DNA from: Octopus sinensis
Taxonomy: Eukaryota
Assembly (NCBI RefSeq): GCF_006345805.1
Contig: NC_042997.1
Span: 39,122,001-39,186,000, forward strand
DNA: 64,000 bases
Reading direction: 5' to 3'
Under the pieces are notes generated by a model, which saw only the letters and a list, made by a program, of their open reading frames with translations, ran no database searches and was not told the DNA's origin. Positions 11,901 through 22,314 of this stretch are shown here, piece by piece (position 1 is the stretch's first letter; the number at the start of each line of letters is the position of its first letter). Both the position numbers and the translations under genes were made by a program.

Positions 11901-14900
11901 ATATATACGACGGGCTTCTTTCAGTTTCCGTCTACCAAATCCACTCACAAGGCATTAGTCGGCCCGGGGCTATAGTAGAAGACACTTGCCCAAGATGTCA
12001 CGCAGTGGGACTGAACCCGGAACCATGTGGTTGGTAAACAAGCTACTTACCACACAGCCACTCCTGCGCGTATGATTATATATCATGTTGATTTTTTTTT
12101 TTTTTTTTTTTTTAGTTTTAATTTATGCAAATTCTTCACTGGAAAATATGAATGTCCTTCCTTTGTTGTGTTTAGTATAAAATAATCCAAGGGCACCATT
12201 CGAGCATGATAGTTACCAGCATCGCCTTACTGGCACCTGTGCCAGTAGCATGTGTAAAAAGATTCGAGCGAGGTCATTGCCAGTGCCACCTCACTGGCCC
12301 CCGTGCCGGTGGTACGTAAAAAGCACCCACTGCACACTCGGAGTGGTTGGCATTAGGAAGGGCATCCAGCTGTAGAAACTCTACCAGATCAAGATTGGGG
12401 CCTGGTGCAGCCATCTGGTTTGCCATCCCTCAGTGAAAATCGTCCAACCCATGCTGGCATGGAAAGCGGACGTTAAACGATGATGATGAAGGTGAGCTGG
12501 CAGAATCATTAGCACACTGGGCAAAATGCTTTGTGGCATTTCGTCTGTCCCCATGTTTTGAGTTCAAATTTTGCTGAGGTTGACTTTACCTTTCATCCTT
12601 TCAGGGTCAATAAGATAAGCACCAGTTAAAGACCAGAGTCAATGTAATCAACTTGCAGCTCTTGTGCCAAAATTTGAAAGGAATTTAAAATCCGTGAATT
12701 TACATTCAGTTTTACATAATGTCACATCTTTATGATATATAAACTATACAAATCACAAGAATTCAGAAATCAAAAGATATCCCGTGTTTAGCTCATTATG
12801 TATTAAAACTTATAATGCTGTATGCAGTTTTCAAAATTGTTGTAGATTTTTTTTATTCACATTGTTAGACCTATTCATGTTGTTGACATTAAAAATGATA
12901 TTTTGATGTTAGCACAATATTGACCAGACTCCGATATTGCTATACACCATTGGTCTCAATGTGAGGATGCACATTCATCATCATCGTTTTCCATGCTAGC
13001 ATGGGTTGGACGGTTCGACCGGGGTCTGGGAAGCCAGGAGGCTGCACCAGGCTCCAGTCTGATCTGGCAGTGTTTCTACAGCTGGATGCCGTTTCCTAAC
13101 GCCAACCACTCCGTGAGCGTAGTGAGTGTTTTTTATGTGCCACCGGCACAGGGGCCAGAGGAGGCTGGCAAACAGCCACGATCGGTTGGTGCTTTTACTT
13201 GTCACTGACACAAACACCAGTCAGGCGGCACTGGTATCTGCCACTTCGGACAGTGCTTTTTATATGTCACCGGCACAGGTATCTTAACTACAATTTCCAT
13301 TTCAAATGATGTCACCCTATTGGCTAGACTGATAGGCCAACAATTCCATTGAACAAAAGCCAGTCCATTGCAGGGTTGCCTACTTATAGCTGAATGGACT
13401 GAAGCAATATGAAATCAAATGTTTTACTCAAGAACTCAATGCACCACCAGTCTAGGAATTGAAACAATGATTTTGCAATCATAAATGCAGCACCCTAACC
13501 ACTAGGCCACATGCCTATATGTTTAGATGTTATATTCATCATCATCATCATCGTTTAACGTCCGCTTTCCATGCTAGCATGGGTTGGACGGTTCAACTGG
13601 GGTCTGGGAAGCCCGAAGGCTGCACCAGGCCAGTCAGATCTGGCAGTGTTTCTACAGCTGGATGCCCTTCCTAATGCCAACCACTCCGTGAGTGTAGTGG
13701 GTGCTTTTTATGTGCCAGACGGGGCTGGCGAACGGCCACGCTCGGATGGTGCTTTTTACGTGCCACCGGCACGGAGGCCAGGCCAGGCTGGCACGGCCAC
13801 GATCGGATGGTGTTTGTTACGTGCCACCAGCAAGGAGGCCAGTCGTTGCAGTGCTGGCTACGGCCACGTTCGGATGGTTCTCTTATGTGCCACCGGCACT
13901 GGTACCACAAACTACAAATTCCATTGATGTGGATCGATTTTGATTTGATTTTTTGATTCTTTGATTTTCACTTGCCTTTGATATCTATTAAATAAATATT
14001 TGTATATTGATCTGACATGGAAGTGATATCTCATTTTGAAATCATTGAGGTGACATGACCTCACTAAGAAGTACGAATATTGTTGTACTTTATTTCCTTA
14101 GAAACTTTTTTTTTCGCTTGGACTGTTTACTTTATCAACCTCATTACTTCAGAGGGTTTTTTGGGGTTTTTTTCTATTTTGTATTTTTCTCTTTTTCCAG
14201 AACCAATACAATCACGTTGTGCAGTGTTGCGTTATTCTCGGTTGACAGATGCACAAGTCTTGTCCCGGTTATTGACTATTTGCGAAAAAGAGACAGTCAG
14301 CTATACAGATGATGGCTTGCAGGCTATTGTATTCACAGCACAAGGTGATATGAGACAGGTTGGGGAAGAGAATTATTACATTTTCTACTTTCTATTTACT
14401 CTCATTTTTCACACTCAAGTTAGAGCAACTATTTCATAGTTAGATGTCCTTTCTGTTAAATTCCACTCAAAAGATTTTGGCCAACCTTAGAAGACACTTA
14501 TTCAAGGTGCCATGCAGTGAAATCAAACCCAGACCATGTCGCTGCAATACAGGTTTCTTTAACACAGAGACAAACTTAAATCTATTTATTTCTCAGAAGT
14601 GCAATATACTAGGTGATCTTAGACTTTTGTTCTCATAGTTCTTCATCTTAACTATTATTGTCACTATCGTAAGAAAAGGTTATGCTTTGCTGACTGAAGT
14701 CAGAAGAAAATTAAAATATCCAGAGTTGTCTCCCATACTTTTGAAACCGCTGTTAGCTATTCAAGGCCGACATTAATTTAATAGGCATAATTTTGCAAGA
14801 TGCAAACTATAATTCCATTCATAAAAAAACAACATGCTACATTTTTCCAGAAATGATATCTACATAGATAAGCGTCCAAGCTAAATCTTAACTATTATAA

Positions 14901-17900
14901 GTCCTTTGGAGTTCTTGGAGATGTTTATATTACATTACAATTAATCAAAAACATTTTCATCTAGATTTATCATCAGCCTCCTAGTTTAAATGTATCCTTT
15001 TTGTCCACCCTTTAACTGTTAATATCCATCTTGTTTGACCCATACTTACTGGATACACATTTGAGATCTGACTAAAAACATGCATAGTTCAAACTGCAAG
15101 AAAGTAAAATGAACTCATTATATTGTCAATACTGTAACTCTTTAGATGTCAAATATGTATGTTCTCTGTATTGACTTCTCACTATTTCAGATTCTACATC
15201 CTTATCATTTCCTTTTTTTTTAAGGGCTTGAATAACCTGCAGTCTACTTTTCAAGGATTTGGTCATGTTAATAGTGAAAATGTTTTCAAAGTAAGTGCTT
15301 TCTTTAAATTTATAATATATAATAATAATAATAATGAAATTATTGTATACAGTGCTCAGGTGCACCACAACTTGTCAGAAAGTGCGTATAGAGTATATGC
15401 AGTAATGTACAAATGTCTGGAAAGCGAACAATGTATGAGTCAGATACATGCTTGTGTGTGTATGGGGGGGGGGGAGAAAATCAGGTGTAGTGTTGGCGAA
15501 TCTCAGGAAGCATGGAACTTTTGAAGGATGCAGTGCTCCGACAACTAACAACTGATGCTGACAGTTTGTTCCATGCTTCAGCAAATCTCAGCGTGAAAAA
15601 ATGTTTCCGAAAGTCATGGGAGCTGTGCTGTTTTCTGACTTTGTAAATATGTCCACGGGTGGAGTTTGAAAAGGTGCTCAGAGTTATTGTTAGTAAGATG
15701 GTTAATAATTTGTAACTCTTAGTGTGACTATCCTGTATGCCATTAATGGAGCATTGATTACCAATAGTTACTATTGAACTGGATTAGTTGAAAATATATT
15801 TTCCAATGAGGTTGAAGGTTTTAATCTTATTGGCAGAAATTTATAAGCACTACAGTGGTTGTTTGAATACAAAAAAACTGTTTTGGTTATGCAGTTGTTT
15901 TAAATTCTGTTTTTGTGATCATACTTTAATGTAAACAAATACTGTAAATGTTCTGGTTTCTGGCTGCTTTTATAAAAACAGCTTCATCCTCATATTGAAC
16001 TTAGTTGCTCTCTGCTAACAGCAACATCAACAGACTAGCAATGTTCTTACCACTCACTCTGCTAAACAGAAAGATCACCTCTTCATCATCATCATCATCA
16101 TCGTTTAACGTCCGTTTTCCGCGCAAGCACGGGTTGGACGGTTCAACCGGGGTCTGGGAAACCAGGGGCTGCTCCAGGCTCCAGTCTGATCTGGCAGAGT
16201 TTCTACGGCTGGATGCCCTTCCTAATGCCAACCACTCAGCGAGTGTAGTGGGTGCTTTTTACGTGCCACCTGCACAGGTGCCAGGGGAGTTCCGGTATCG
16301 GCCACGATCAGTTGGAGCTTTTAACGTGCCAGCGGCACGGAAGCCAGCCAAGGTGGAACTGGCAACATTCGGATGGTGCTTTTTATGTGCCACCAGCACA
16401 GAAGCCAGGTGGAGCGGCGCTGGCATTGGCCACGTTCGGATGGTGCTTTTTATGTGCCACCGGCACAGAAGCCAGTTGGGGCGGCGCTGGCATCGGCCAA
16501 TTGACACAAAGCCCCCAGTGAGAATCGAACTCACGACCCCTGGTTTACAAGACCAGTGCTCTAATCTCTGAGCTATGGAGGCTTATAATTTAATAATTCA
16601 AACAATTATGAAAATACGAAATATTGAGCTATTGGAATAAGTTGCTGTATTGTGACAGAAACTAGAACTAACTCAAAGCATTGTGGAATTATTCAAACTA
16701 GTAAATACCTTAAATCTCTTTCAATTCAACATTCCACTTATTTTCCTGTTCCTCTTGAATCCTGCAACAAAGTTTGGTGTCTCAGTTTTCTCTCTCACAC
16801 TTAGTTATGCTTTCACCCAAACCAAAATCTGGATAAACTGAAGTCATTGTGAAGGGCATTTTAAAATGACATAATTGGATCTTGATAGTATCAACTATCA
16901 AACTAAATACCAATCACCAGTTTCACTAACATTATTGTCACTTTTCCTACATGTTCCGTTGCCATAACATGTAGTAGGAAGAATTCAGGATGCTAACTAG
17001 ATGCACAGTTTCAACTGTTTAATTAGGGAATCAATTATCACTTGACCATTGAGACTTCTCAATACTCCCTGTATCATCATCATCATCATTATCGTTTAAT
17101 GTCCACTTTCCATGCTAGCATGGGTTGGACGATTTTAACTGAGGGCTGGCGAACCAGATGGCTGCACCAGGCTCCAATCTTGATTTGGCAGAGTTTCTAC
17201 AGCTGGATGCCCTTCCTAACGCCAACCACTCCGAGAATGTAGTGGGTGCTTTTTACATGCCAGTCAGGCGGTACTGGCAATGACCTCGCTCGAATCTTTT
17301 TACACATGCCTGTAAGGCGACGTTGGTAACGATCACGCTCGAATGGTGCCCTTTTATGTGCCACCGGCACGGAAGCCAGTTGGCTGCACTGGCAACGATC
17401 ACGCTCGGATGGTGCTCTTGGCACCCTACTAGCACGGGCGCAAGTGCCAGTAAGGTGACGCTGGTAACGATCACACTCGAATGGTGCCCTTTTATGTGCC
17501 ACTGGCATGGAGGCCGGTTAGCCGCTCTGTCAACGATCACACTCGTATAGTGCTCTTTGCACCCCGCTAGCACGGATGCCAGTCATCATTTTACACATTA
17601 GATTTTTCCAAATTGTTTCCACTGACTTGGTTGTACAGCACTACTCAAGATTTAATATTCACTCAACTATTCATTGCCATTCTGAATTTACATAACTTTA
17701 CATTCATCTGCCGTTAAAAAATGTTTAGGAGGAGATGACAACAGAATCACTATTGGCAACCTTGTCTCCAGTCTTTGTAGATTATCTTGTATTTCTTTTC
17801 AGGTATGCGATGAACCACACCCTTTGCTAATAAAAGACATGCTGCAGCATTGTGTTGATGGTAAAATAGATGAAGCCTATCAAGTCATGTCTCATCTCTG

Positions 17901-20025
17901 GAAATTGGGATACGCTCCAGAAGACATTATTGGGATTGTGTTTCGTGTTTGCAAAACATTTAACATGGCAGAATACCTTAAACTAGAATTCATTAAGGTC
18001 AGTTTCTTCTGTCATTGCCTTCTTGTAATAATTCATTTTAGTGGTAATATATCTTGGCAATAAACTTGTTTCTTTTAATATCAGCTAGTCCAACATTGAA
18101 GATGAAATTGAAAATTAAAATATTTGTCAAGAGCAGTGGTTTTCAACCAGGGTTCCGCGGAACCTTAGTGTTCCGCCAGTACAGTCCAGGGATTCCGCAA
18201 GAAGTTACAAAACTGCTAAAATCGGCAGATATTTGTGCATAAGACTATTAAATTATTGCACAGGGATTCCTCGAGCCAGTGGAATGTTTCCTTGGGGTTC
18301 CGCTCCAGCAAAAAGTTTGAAAAGCACTGGTATAGAGGATTTAGTTGGTATGATGAATGTCGGGTGGAAAATATATGTAAAGTATTGTGAAAATCAGAAT
18401 GAAGAATTATGACCAATATTTCATAACGTTGCTAATTTAAATGATTACTATTTATGCCTCCTCATATTCAGGTTTTGTCCTTTCCAAAATATTTCATAAT
18501 AATAAAAACTTCATCGAATCACTTTAAAATTTGACAAGACCATTAAGAAGTTGTCAGTAATGTAAGATAAACTCATTAGATTTACATCTATAATCTTTTC
18601 ATCATCATCATCGTTTAACGTCCGCTTTCCATGCTAGCATGGGTTGGACGATTTGACTGAGGTCTGGCAAACCAGATGGCTGCACCAGACTCCAATCTGA
18701 TCTGGCAGAGTTTCTACACCTGGATGCCCTTCCTAACGCCAAGTATTCTAGTGATATTAACTGGTTGTATGTTTCCTAACTTCAGAAGAGGGTATCTGTG
18801 AAAAAAAGAAAAAATTGGTTAATACAAGAACTATTTTGGGTCATAGCTAAGATGCTATGTTAGTTGTAGATTTTATGTTAGTAGGCTAAACTTTGCAGAT
18901 GGAGAAAGGTGCAAGGAAATGTTAGGTCTATAAGCATAGAGTATTTCTTATGACTGTTGAGCTTGTAGATAGTCTAAGAATCAATCATCATCATCATTTA
19001 ACGTCTGTTTTCCATGCAAGCATGGGTTGGACAGTTCGACCAAGGTCTGGCAAGCCATGGAGGCTGCACCAGGCTCCAGTCTGATGTGGCAGTGTTTCTA
19101 CAGCTGGATGCCCTTCCTAACGCCAACCACTCCGTGAGTGTAGTGGGTGTTTTTTTACGTGCCACCAGCACAGGGGCCAGAGGAGGCTGGCAAACAGCCA
19201 CGATCGGTTGGTGTTTTTGCATGTCACCAACACGGGCGCCAGTCAGGCGGCGCTGGCATCTGCCACGTTCAGACAGTGCTTTTTACGTGTCACCGGCACA
19301 TTCATATTAACCCTTTAACATTCAGATTTCGTTTTCAAATTCACATTGTTTTGAATTAATTATGCATTGTGGCACGTAAAAAGCACCCACTACACTCACG
19401 GAGTGGTTGGCGTTAGGAAGGGCATCCAGCTGTAGAAACACTGCCAGATCAGACTGGGCCTGGTGCAGCCTTCTGGCTTCCCAGACCCCAGTTGAACCGT
19501 CCAACCTATGCCAGCATGGAAAGCGGACGTTAAATCATGCATTATATTGTAGCTTCAAAATTTCAGTAGGGTGTTTGTATATATTTTTTTAATGACAGGA
19601 AGGGCATCCAACTGTAGAAACACTGCCAGATCAGACTGGAGCCTGATGCAGCCTTCTGGCTCCCCAGTCGAACCGTCCAACCCATGCTAGCATGGAGAAC
19701 AGATGTTAAACGATTGTAGGGTGGGTGTGAGAGGTTGGATCTGGTCAGTTTTAACGTAACACAGGCAGAATATTTGGGCCTGATATGGCCAGATTAAATA
19801 CTAAAAGGTTAAAAGATCTTACCTACTTATGCAATTCGAATTATGTTCAAACTATTGTTCTTCCTTTTTAATTTAATTTAATATGATTGGTTTTATTTTT
19901 TCTTATAGGAGATTGGTTATACACATATGCGAATTGTTCAAGGTGTTAATACTTTGCTACAGATGTCTGCTCTTCTCGCAAGGTTGTGTAAAATTTCTGT
20001 CATATCAAAAGAAGATTCACAATAA
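2884..20025 (+). CDS. RFC2: Replication factor C subunit 2 (RFC 40 kDa), spliced CDS join(2884..2969,4992..5103,6013..6119,7970..8071,10924..11024,14201..14358,15225..15290,17803..17997,19909..20025), 347 aa
   Basis: Exons total 1044 nt in frame with GT-AG introns. Motifs: ELPWVEKYRP, Walker [25 protein letters not shown], Walker [35 protein letters not shown]. Confidence 0.98.
3476..3858 (+). mobile_element. SINE family A copy with an internal deletion in the head
   Basis: agcttgct is joined directly to atagccccggg; full tail present. Confidence 0.9.
4051..4216. mobile_element. MITE with about 30-40-bp TIRs and a 9-bp TSD (Merlin- or Mutator-like)
   Basis: TIR ggtacta(c/t)ttaagaagagtggtcccggtgc; TSD tatattcag at 4042-4050 and 4217-4225. 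Confidence 0.9.
4370..4530 (-). mobile_element. Old CR1-like LINE 3' fragment
   Basis: Similar to the copies at 15320-15712 and 51183-51592 (caggaagcat...tgtttctgaaagtcatggatgctg). Confidence 0.55.
4692..4868 (-). mobile_element. SINE family B copy ((GAT)n tail)
   Basis: catcatcat...ccatgctagcatgggttggacgg...ctggatgcccttcctaacaccaaccactcc. Confidence 0.85.
4992..5103 (+). CDS. RFC2: RFC2 exon 2 ([37 protein letters not shown])
   Basis: Acceptor tttag|g, donor gca|gtaagt. Confidence 0.97.
5366..5881. mobile_element. piggyBac-like MITE (type 1) containing a family B SINE (about 5527-5818)
   Basis: TTAA|ccctttcattac ... gtaacgaaaggg|TTAA. Confidence 0.85.
6013..6119 (+). CDS. RFC2: RFC2 exon 3 (Walker [10 protein letters not shown]...LELNASND)
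   Basis: Acceptor ttcag|ggt, donor ag|gtttga. Confidence 0.97.
6159..6359. mobile_element. hAT-Charlie-type MITE
   Basis: TIR cagtg(c/g)ttttcaa; perfect 8-bp TSD gtctagat at 6151-6158 and 6360-6367, matching the NTCTAGAN Charlie target. Confidence 0.92.
6490..6680 (-). mobile_element. L2/Jockey-like LINE RT fragment, degenerate
   Basis: [32 protein letters not shown] resembles the RT motif xGVPQGSxLSPxLFLLYIND. Confidence 0.55.
7430..7661 (+). mobile_element. SINE family B copy
   Basis: aagcacccactacactctcggagtggttggcattaggaagggcatc...ggaaagcggacgttaaatgatgatgatg. Confidence 0.85.
7970..8071 (+). CDS. RFC2: RFC2 exon 4 ([33 protein letters not shown])
   Basis: Acceptor ttttag|g, donor ag|gtaaat. 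Confidence 0.97.
8330..8715. mobile_element. RTE-derived composite: RTE 5'-UTR-like segment (-) joined to an RTE 3' end (+)
   Basis: The + end gaagccgactcaacccgcccagggtgaatgttgccacaagtacaa resembles the RTE end at about 35735-35778. The - strand gccttgggtggccttaccagg...ccaccacggtgagg resembles RTE 5' UTRs (from memory). Confidence 0.55.
9014..9230 (-). mobile_element. SINE family C copy (tRNA-like head)
   Basis: Reverse complement of ggcgagctggcagaa...gttctgagttcaaataccgccgaggtcgactttgcctttcatcc...gccccttgtgggcaataaagaaa. Confidence 0.9.
9510..9742 (+). mobile_element. SINE family B copy
   Basis: Near-identical to 7430-7661. Confidence 0.85.
10066..10470 (+). mobile_element. Family B-related retroposon with about 42-bp tandem units at its 5' side
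   Basis: Three gaggc...gtggc...ttccttt...agtgttgggc units, then the family B core and a (GAT)n tail. Confidence 0.65.
10924..11024 (+). CDS. RFC2: RFC2 exon 5 ([33 protein letters not shown])
   Basis: Acceptor ttttag|t, donor g|gtaagt. Confidence 0.97.
11683..12070 (-). mobile_element. SINE family A, full-length copy
   Basis: High identity to the copies at 24465, 47920, 53735 and 61988. Confidence 0.92.
12188..12680 (+). mobile_element. SINE family B (to about 12490) followed directly by an older SINE family C copy
   Basis: The (GAT)n tail runs into ggtgagctggcagaatcattagc. Confidence 0.8.
12975..13925 (-). mobile_element. Two family B copies (about 12975-13285 and 13537-13925) with an old tRNA-headed SINE remnant between them
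   Basis: Family B core plus variable tandem units gtgcttt(t)acgtgccaccggcac. Confidence 0.8.
14201..14358 (+). CDS. RFC2: RFC2 exon 6 ([12 protein letters not shown]...FTAQGDMRQ)
   Basis: Acceptor ttccag|aa, donor cag|gttggg. Confidence 0.97.
15225..15290 (+). CDS. RFC2: RFC2 exon 7 ([22 protein letters not shown])
   Basis: Acceptor tttaag|ggc, donor aaa|gtaagt. Confidence 0.96.
15320..15712 (-). mobile_element. CR1-type LINE 3' end with a trinucleotide tail ((TAA)n as read on +)
   Basis: Minus-strand peptide [32 protein letters not shown] matches the CR1 C-terminal motif TRGHxxK...FFxxRVxxxWNxL. Confidence 0.8.
16083..16500 (-). mobile_element. SINE family B copy with about 4 internal tandem units
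   Basis: (GAT)n tail at 16083-16102 on -, core, and repeated gtgctttt(t)a(c/t)gtgcca units. Confidence 0.88.
16510..16582 (-). tRNA. tRNA-Thr(TGT) gene or pseudogene, antisense in RFC2 intron 7
   Basis: GCCTCCA TA GCTC AGAGATTA GAGC A CTGGT CT TGT AA ACCAG GGGTC GTGAG TTCGATT CTCAC TGGGGGC T. All four stems pair; the D-loop has GA in place of the invariant GG. Confidence 0.85.
17070..17580 (-). mobile_element. SINE family B copy with about 5-6 tandem 60-bp units
   Basis: Repeated ggcaacgatcac(g/a)ctc(g)gatggtgc...gcacc units with a period near 60 nt. Confidence 0.85.
17803..17997 (+). CDS. RFC2: RFC2 exon 8 (VCDEPHP...YLKLEFIK)
   Basis: Acceptor ttttcag|gta, donor aag|gtcagt. Confidence 0.97.
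18134..18329. mobile_element. hAT-Charlie-type MITE, inverted relative to 6159-6359
   Basis: Same TIRs; degenerate TSD gtcaagag / gtatagag. Confidence 0.85.
18598..19715. mobile_element. Cluster of family B copies: about 18598-18745 (-), 18983-19302 (-), 19370-19540 (+), 19596-19715 (+)
   Basis: Family B core in both orientations. Confidence 0.85.
19909..20025 (+). CDS. RFC2: RFC2 exon 9, terminal ([38 protein letters not shown])
   Basis: Acceptor ttatag|gag; TAA at 20023-20025. Confidence 0.96.
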   Translation, partial: EIGYTHMRIVQGVNTLLQMSALLARLCKISVISKEDSQ

Positions 20026-20166
20026 ACTTGCAAATATTTTGAATAAAAAAAGGACTTTAAAAATTTCATACAATATTTGCTAATAAAGGAAACAGTTTTA
20101 TGTATCACAGGGAGGTTTTGTTGGGGTGGGGAAAGGGTTTGCAATCCTATCATTTTAAAGAATAAA
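20021..20166 (+). terminator. Cluster of AATAAA polyadenylation signals for RFC2
   Basis: AATAAA at 20021 (overlapping the stop codon), 20042, 20082 and 20161. Confidence 0.55.
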
Positions 20167-20487
20167 ATGTGCATTTCAGCCCCTCAGTAATTTCATTTTC
20201 ATTAAACATATTGTCCAACTAAATTTCCTAGTCTTGGAGAACAAGATGTACTCCATCAATTGTTATGTATGAATGTATGTCTATCTCCCGTTGTTTTGGG
20301 GAGGGGTGGTTAGGGGTTCATGTTTTGGCCTGGAAGAAGGAGTTGTGCTCAGGCTCTCCAAGACTGGTGAGATTGATGCAGTTCATGTTCCTTAAAAACT
20401 GAAAGTTGACTGCCACAGATAAAGCATGATCAGGAACAGCACTCTAAAGGGATTGTGTTCTGGGAAGTAGTTAATGTGGGACCAATG

Positions 20488-20789
20488 GAGGAGGCATATG
20501 GCCTAGTAGTTAGAGCAGTGGACTCGCAGTCGAGGGATCGCGGGTTTGAATCTCGGACCGGGTGATGTGTGTGTTTATCAGCGAATCACCTAAGCTCCAC
20601 GCGGCTCCAGCAGAAGATAATGGCGAACTTCTGCTGACTCTTTCGCTACAACTTTCTCTCACTCCGTCCTCCTGCATCTTGCAGCTCACCTGTGATTGAC
20701 CGGTATCCAGTCCAGGTGGGGAACTTATATGCCAAGGAAACTGGGAAACTGGCCCTTATGAGCCAGGCATAGCTCGAGAAGGAACAAAG
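20488..20789 (+). mobile_element. tRNA-headed SINE family D, with 15-bp TSD
   Basis: TSD aatgtgggaccaatg at 20473-20487 and 20790-20804. Head ggcatatggcctagtagttagagc...gggtttgaatctc. Confidence 0.92.
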
Positions 20790-21051
20790 AATGTGGGACC
20801 AATGAGGCAAAACTCTAAGTTGCAGATGAGTGAGTGAGGGCCCCTAAGTGGAAGGTTACAGACCAGCCAAATTCTGCAGAGTAGTAGTAGCCACTGTAGT
20901 TGCAGTAGAAATGAAAGAGTAAAGAGAAAGCATGGTCTGTGTCAATGTGTGATTTCGTACCACGAAGGTGGTTATTGTTGTACACAGTCCACGATATTTG
21001 TGTAGCAGCAGCTGCAATACCATCATATATGTGGGAGCAATATTTCCGGCA

Positions 21052-21850
21052 GCGAGCTGGCAGAAACGTTAGCACACGGGGTGAAATGCTTAGCGGTATT
21101 GCGTCTGTCGTTGCGTTCTGAGTTCAAATTCCGCCGAGGTCGACTTTGCCTTTCATCCTTTCGGGGTTGATAAATTAAGTACCAGTTACGCACTGGGGTC
21201 GATGTAATCGACTTAATCCGTTTGTCTGTCCTTGTTTAGCCCCTTGTGAGCAATAAAGAAACAAATATTTCAGTGTGAGTCTCTTCTGAGCTTTGTATAG
21301 GATTAATAGTTGTTAGGGGTAGAAGTATTTTCTTCCCCCTAAAGAAGGATATCGGAGGCACGTGGCTTAGTGGTTAGGGTGTCAGCATCATGATCGTAAG
21401 ATTGTGGTTTCGATTCCTGGACCGGGCGACGCGTTATGTTCTTGAGCAAAACATTTCATTTCACGTAGCTCCAGTCCACTCAGCTGGCAAAAATGAGTAA
21501 CGCTGCGATGGACTGGTGTCCCGTCCAGCTGGGGAACACATACGCAATAGAAACCGGGAAACTGGGCCCATGAGCCTGGCTAGGCTTTAAAAGGGCGCAT
21601 TTATTTTTATTTTAAAGAAGAATACCTATTTTTTTTCACTGCCCACAAGGGGTTAAACATAGAGGGGACAAACAAGGACAGACAAACGGATTAAGTCGAT
21701 TACATCGACCCCAGTGCGTAATTGGTACTTAATTTATCGACCCCAAAAGGATGAAAGGCAAAGTCGACCTCGGCGGAATTTGAACTCAGAACGTAACGGC
21801 AGACGAAATACGGCTAAGCATTTCGCCCCGCATGCTAACGGTTCTGCCAA
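21052..21850. mobile_element. SINE C (+, about 21052-21265), a tRNA-headed SINE (+, about 21355-21612) and SINE C (-, about 21630-21850)
   Basis: Family-diagnostic sequences; the two SINE C copies are inverted. Confidence 0.85.
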
Positions 21851-22314
21851 CCAGTCTTTGCTATGTTCATGTGAAACCATCAATGATGGTGGAGCTTAGT
21901 ATTTGTAACAGCATTGAGGCTCCTAGCTGCGTATTGTTCATATTTTGATGTCGGTGTTATGAAAACTCCTTTCATAGTGCCAGTACAGGTTTGTAATGAG
22001 GTGTCTCAGCTGCACGTGGATGATTGCTTGGACGGTGTTTACTTTTACTTGAAATACAGGAGTATATGTATTTAATGCTGTTCTTGCTTTGAACATATTA
22101 CTGCCAGCTCCACTTTTTTTTTAACAGCTTAGAGGAAGAAGAGCAGCACCCAGTGACCTTTTGCAGAACCTCTGAGACTGGTCGGAGGAAAGGAATAAGA
22201 ATGCACAAGTCTAATTTGTTACAGTAGGAAGCACCACTTTAGAACATAGGGTTATTCAGAAGCCTTGACTGAAAGCTTGCAACTAAATGCATAACACTTA
22301 AGAACATGAAGGAG

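Noticed and set aside
17230-17580. CRISPR-like array (regular repeats about every 60 bp; also 28829-29160)
   Set aside because: Whole units are diverged tandem copies with no unique spacers, the context is eukaryotic, and there are no cas genes.
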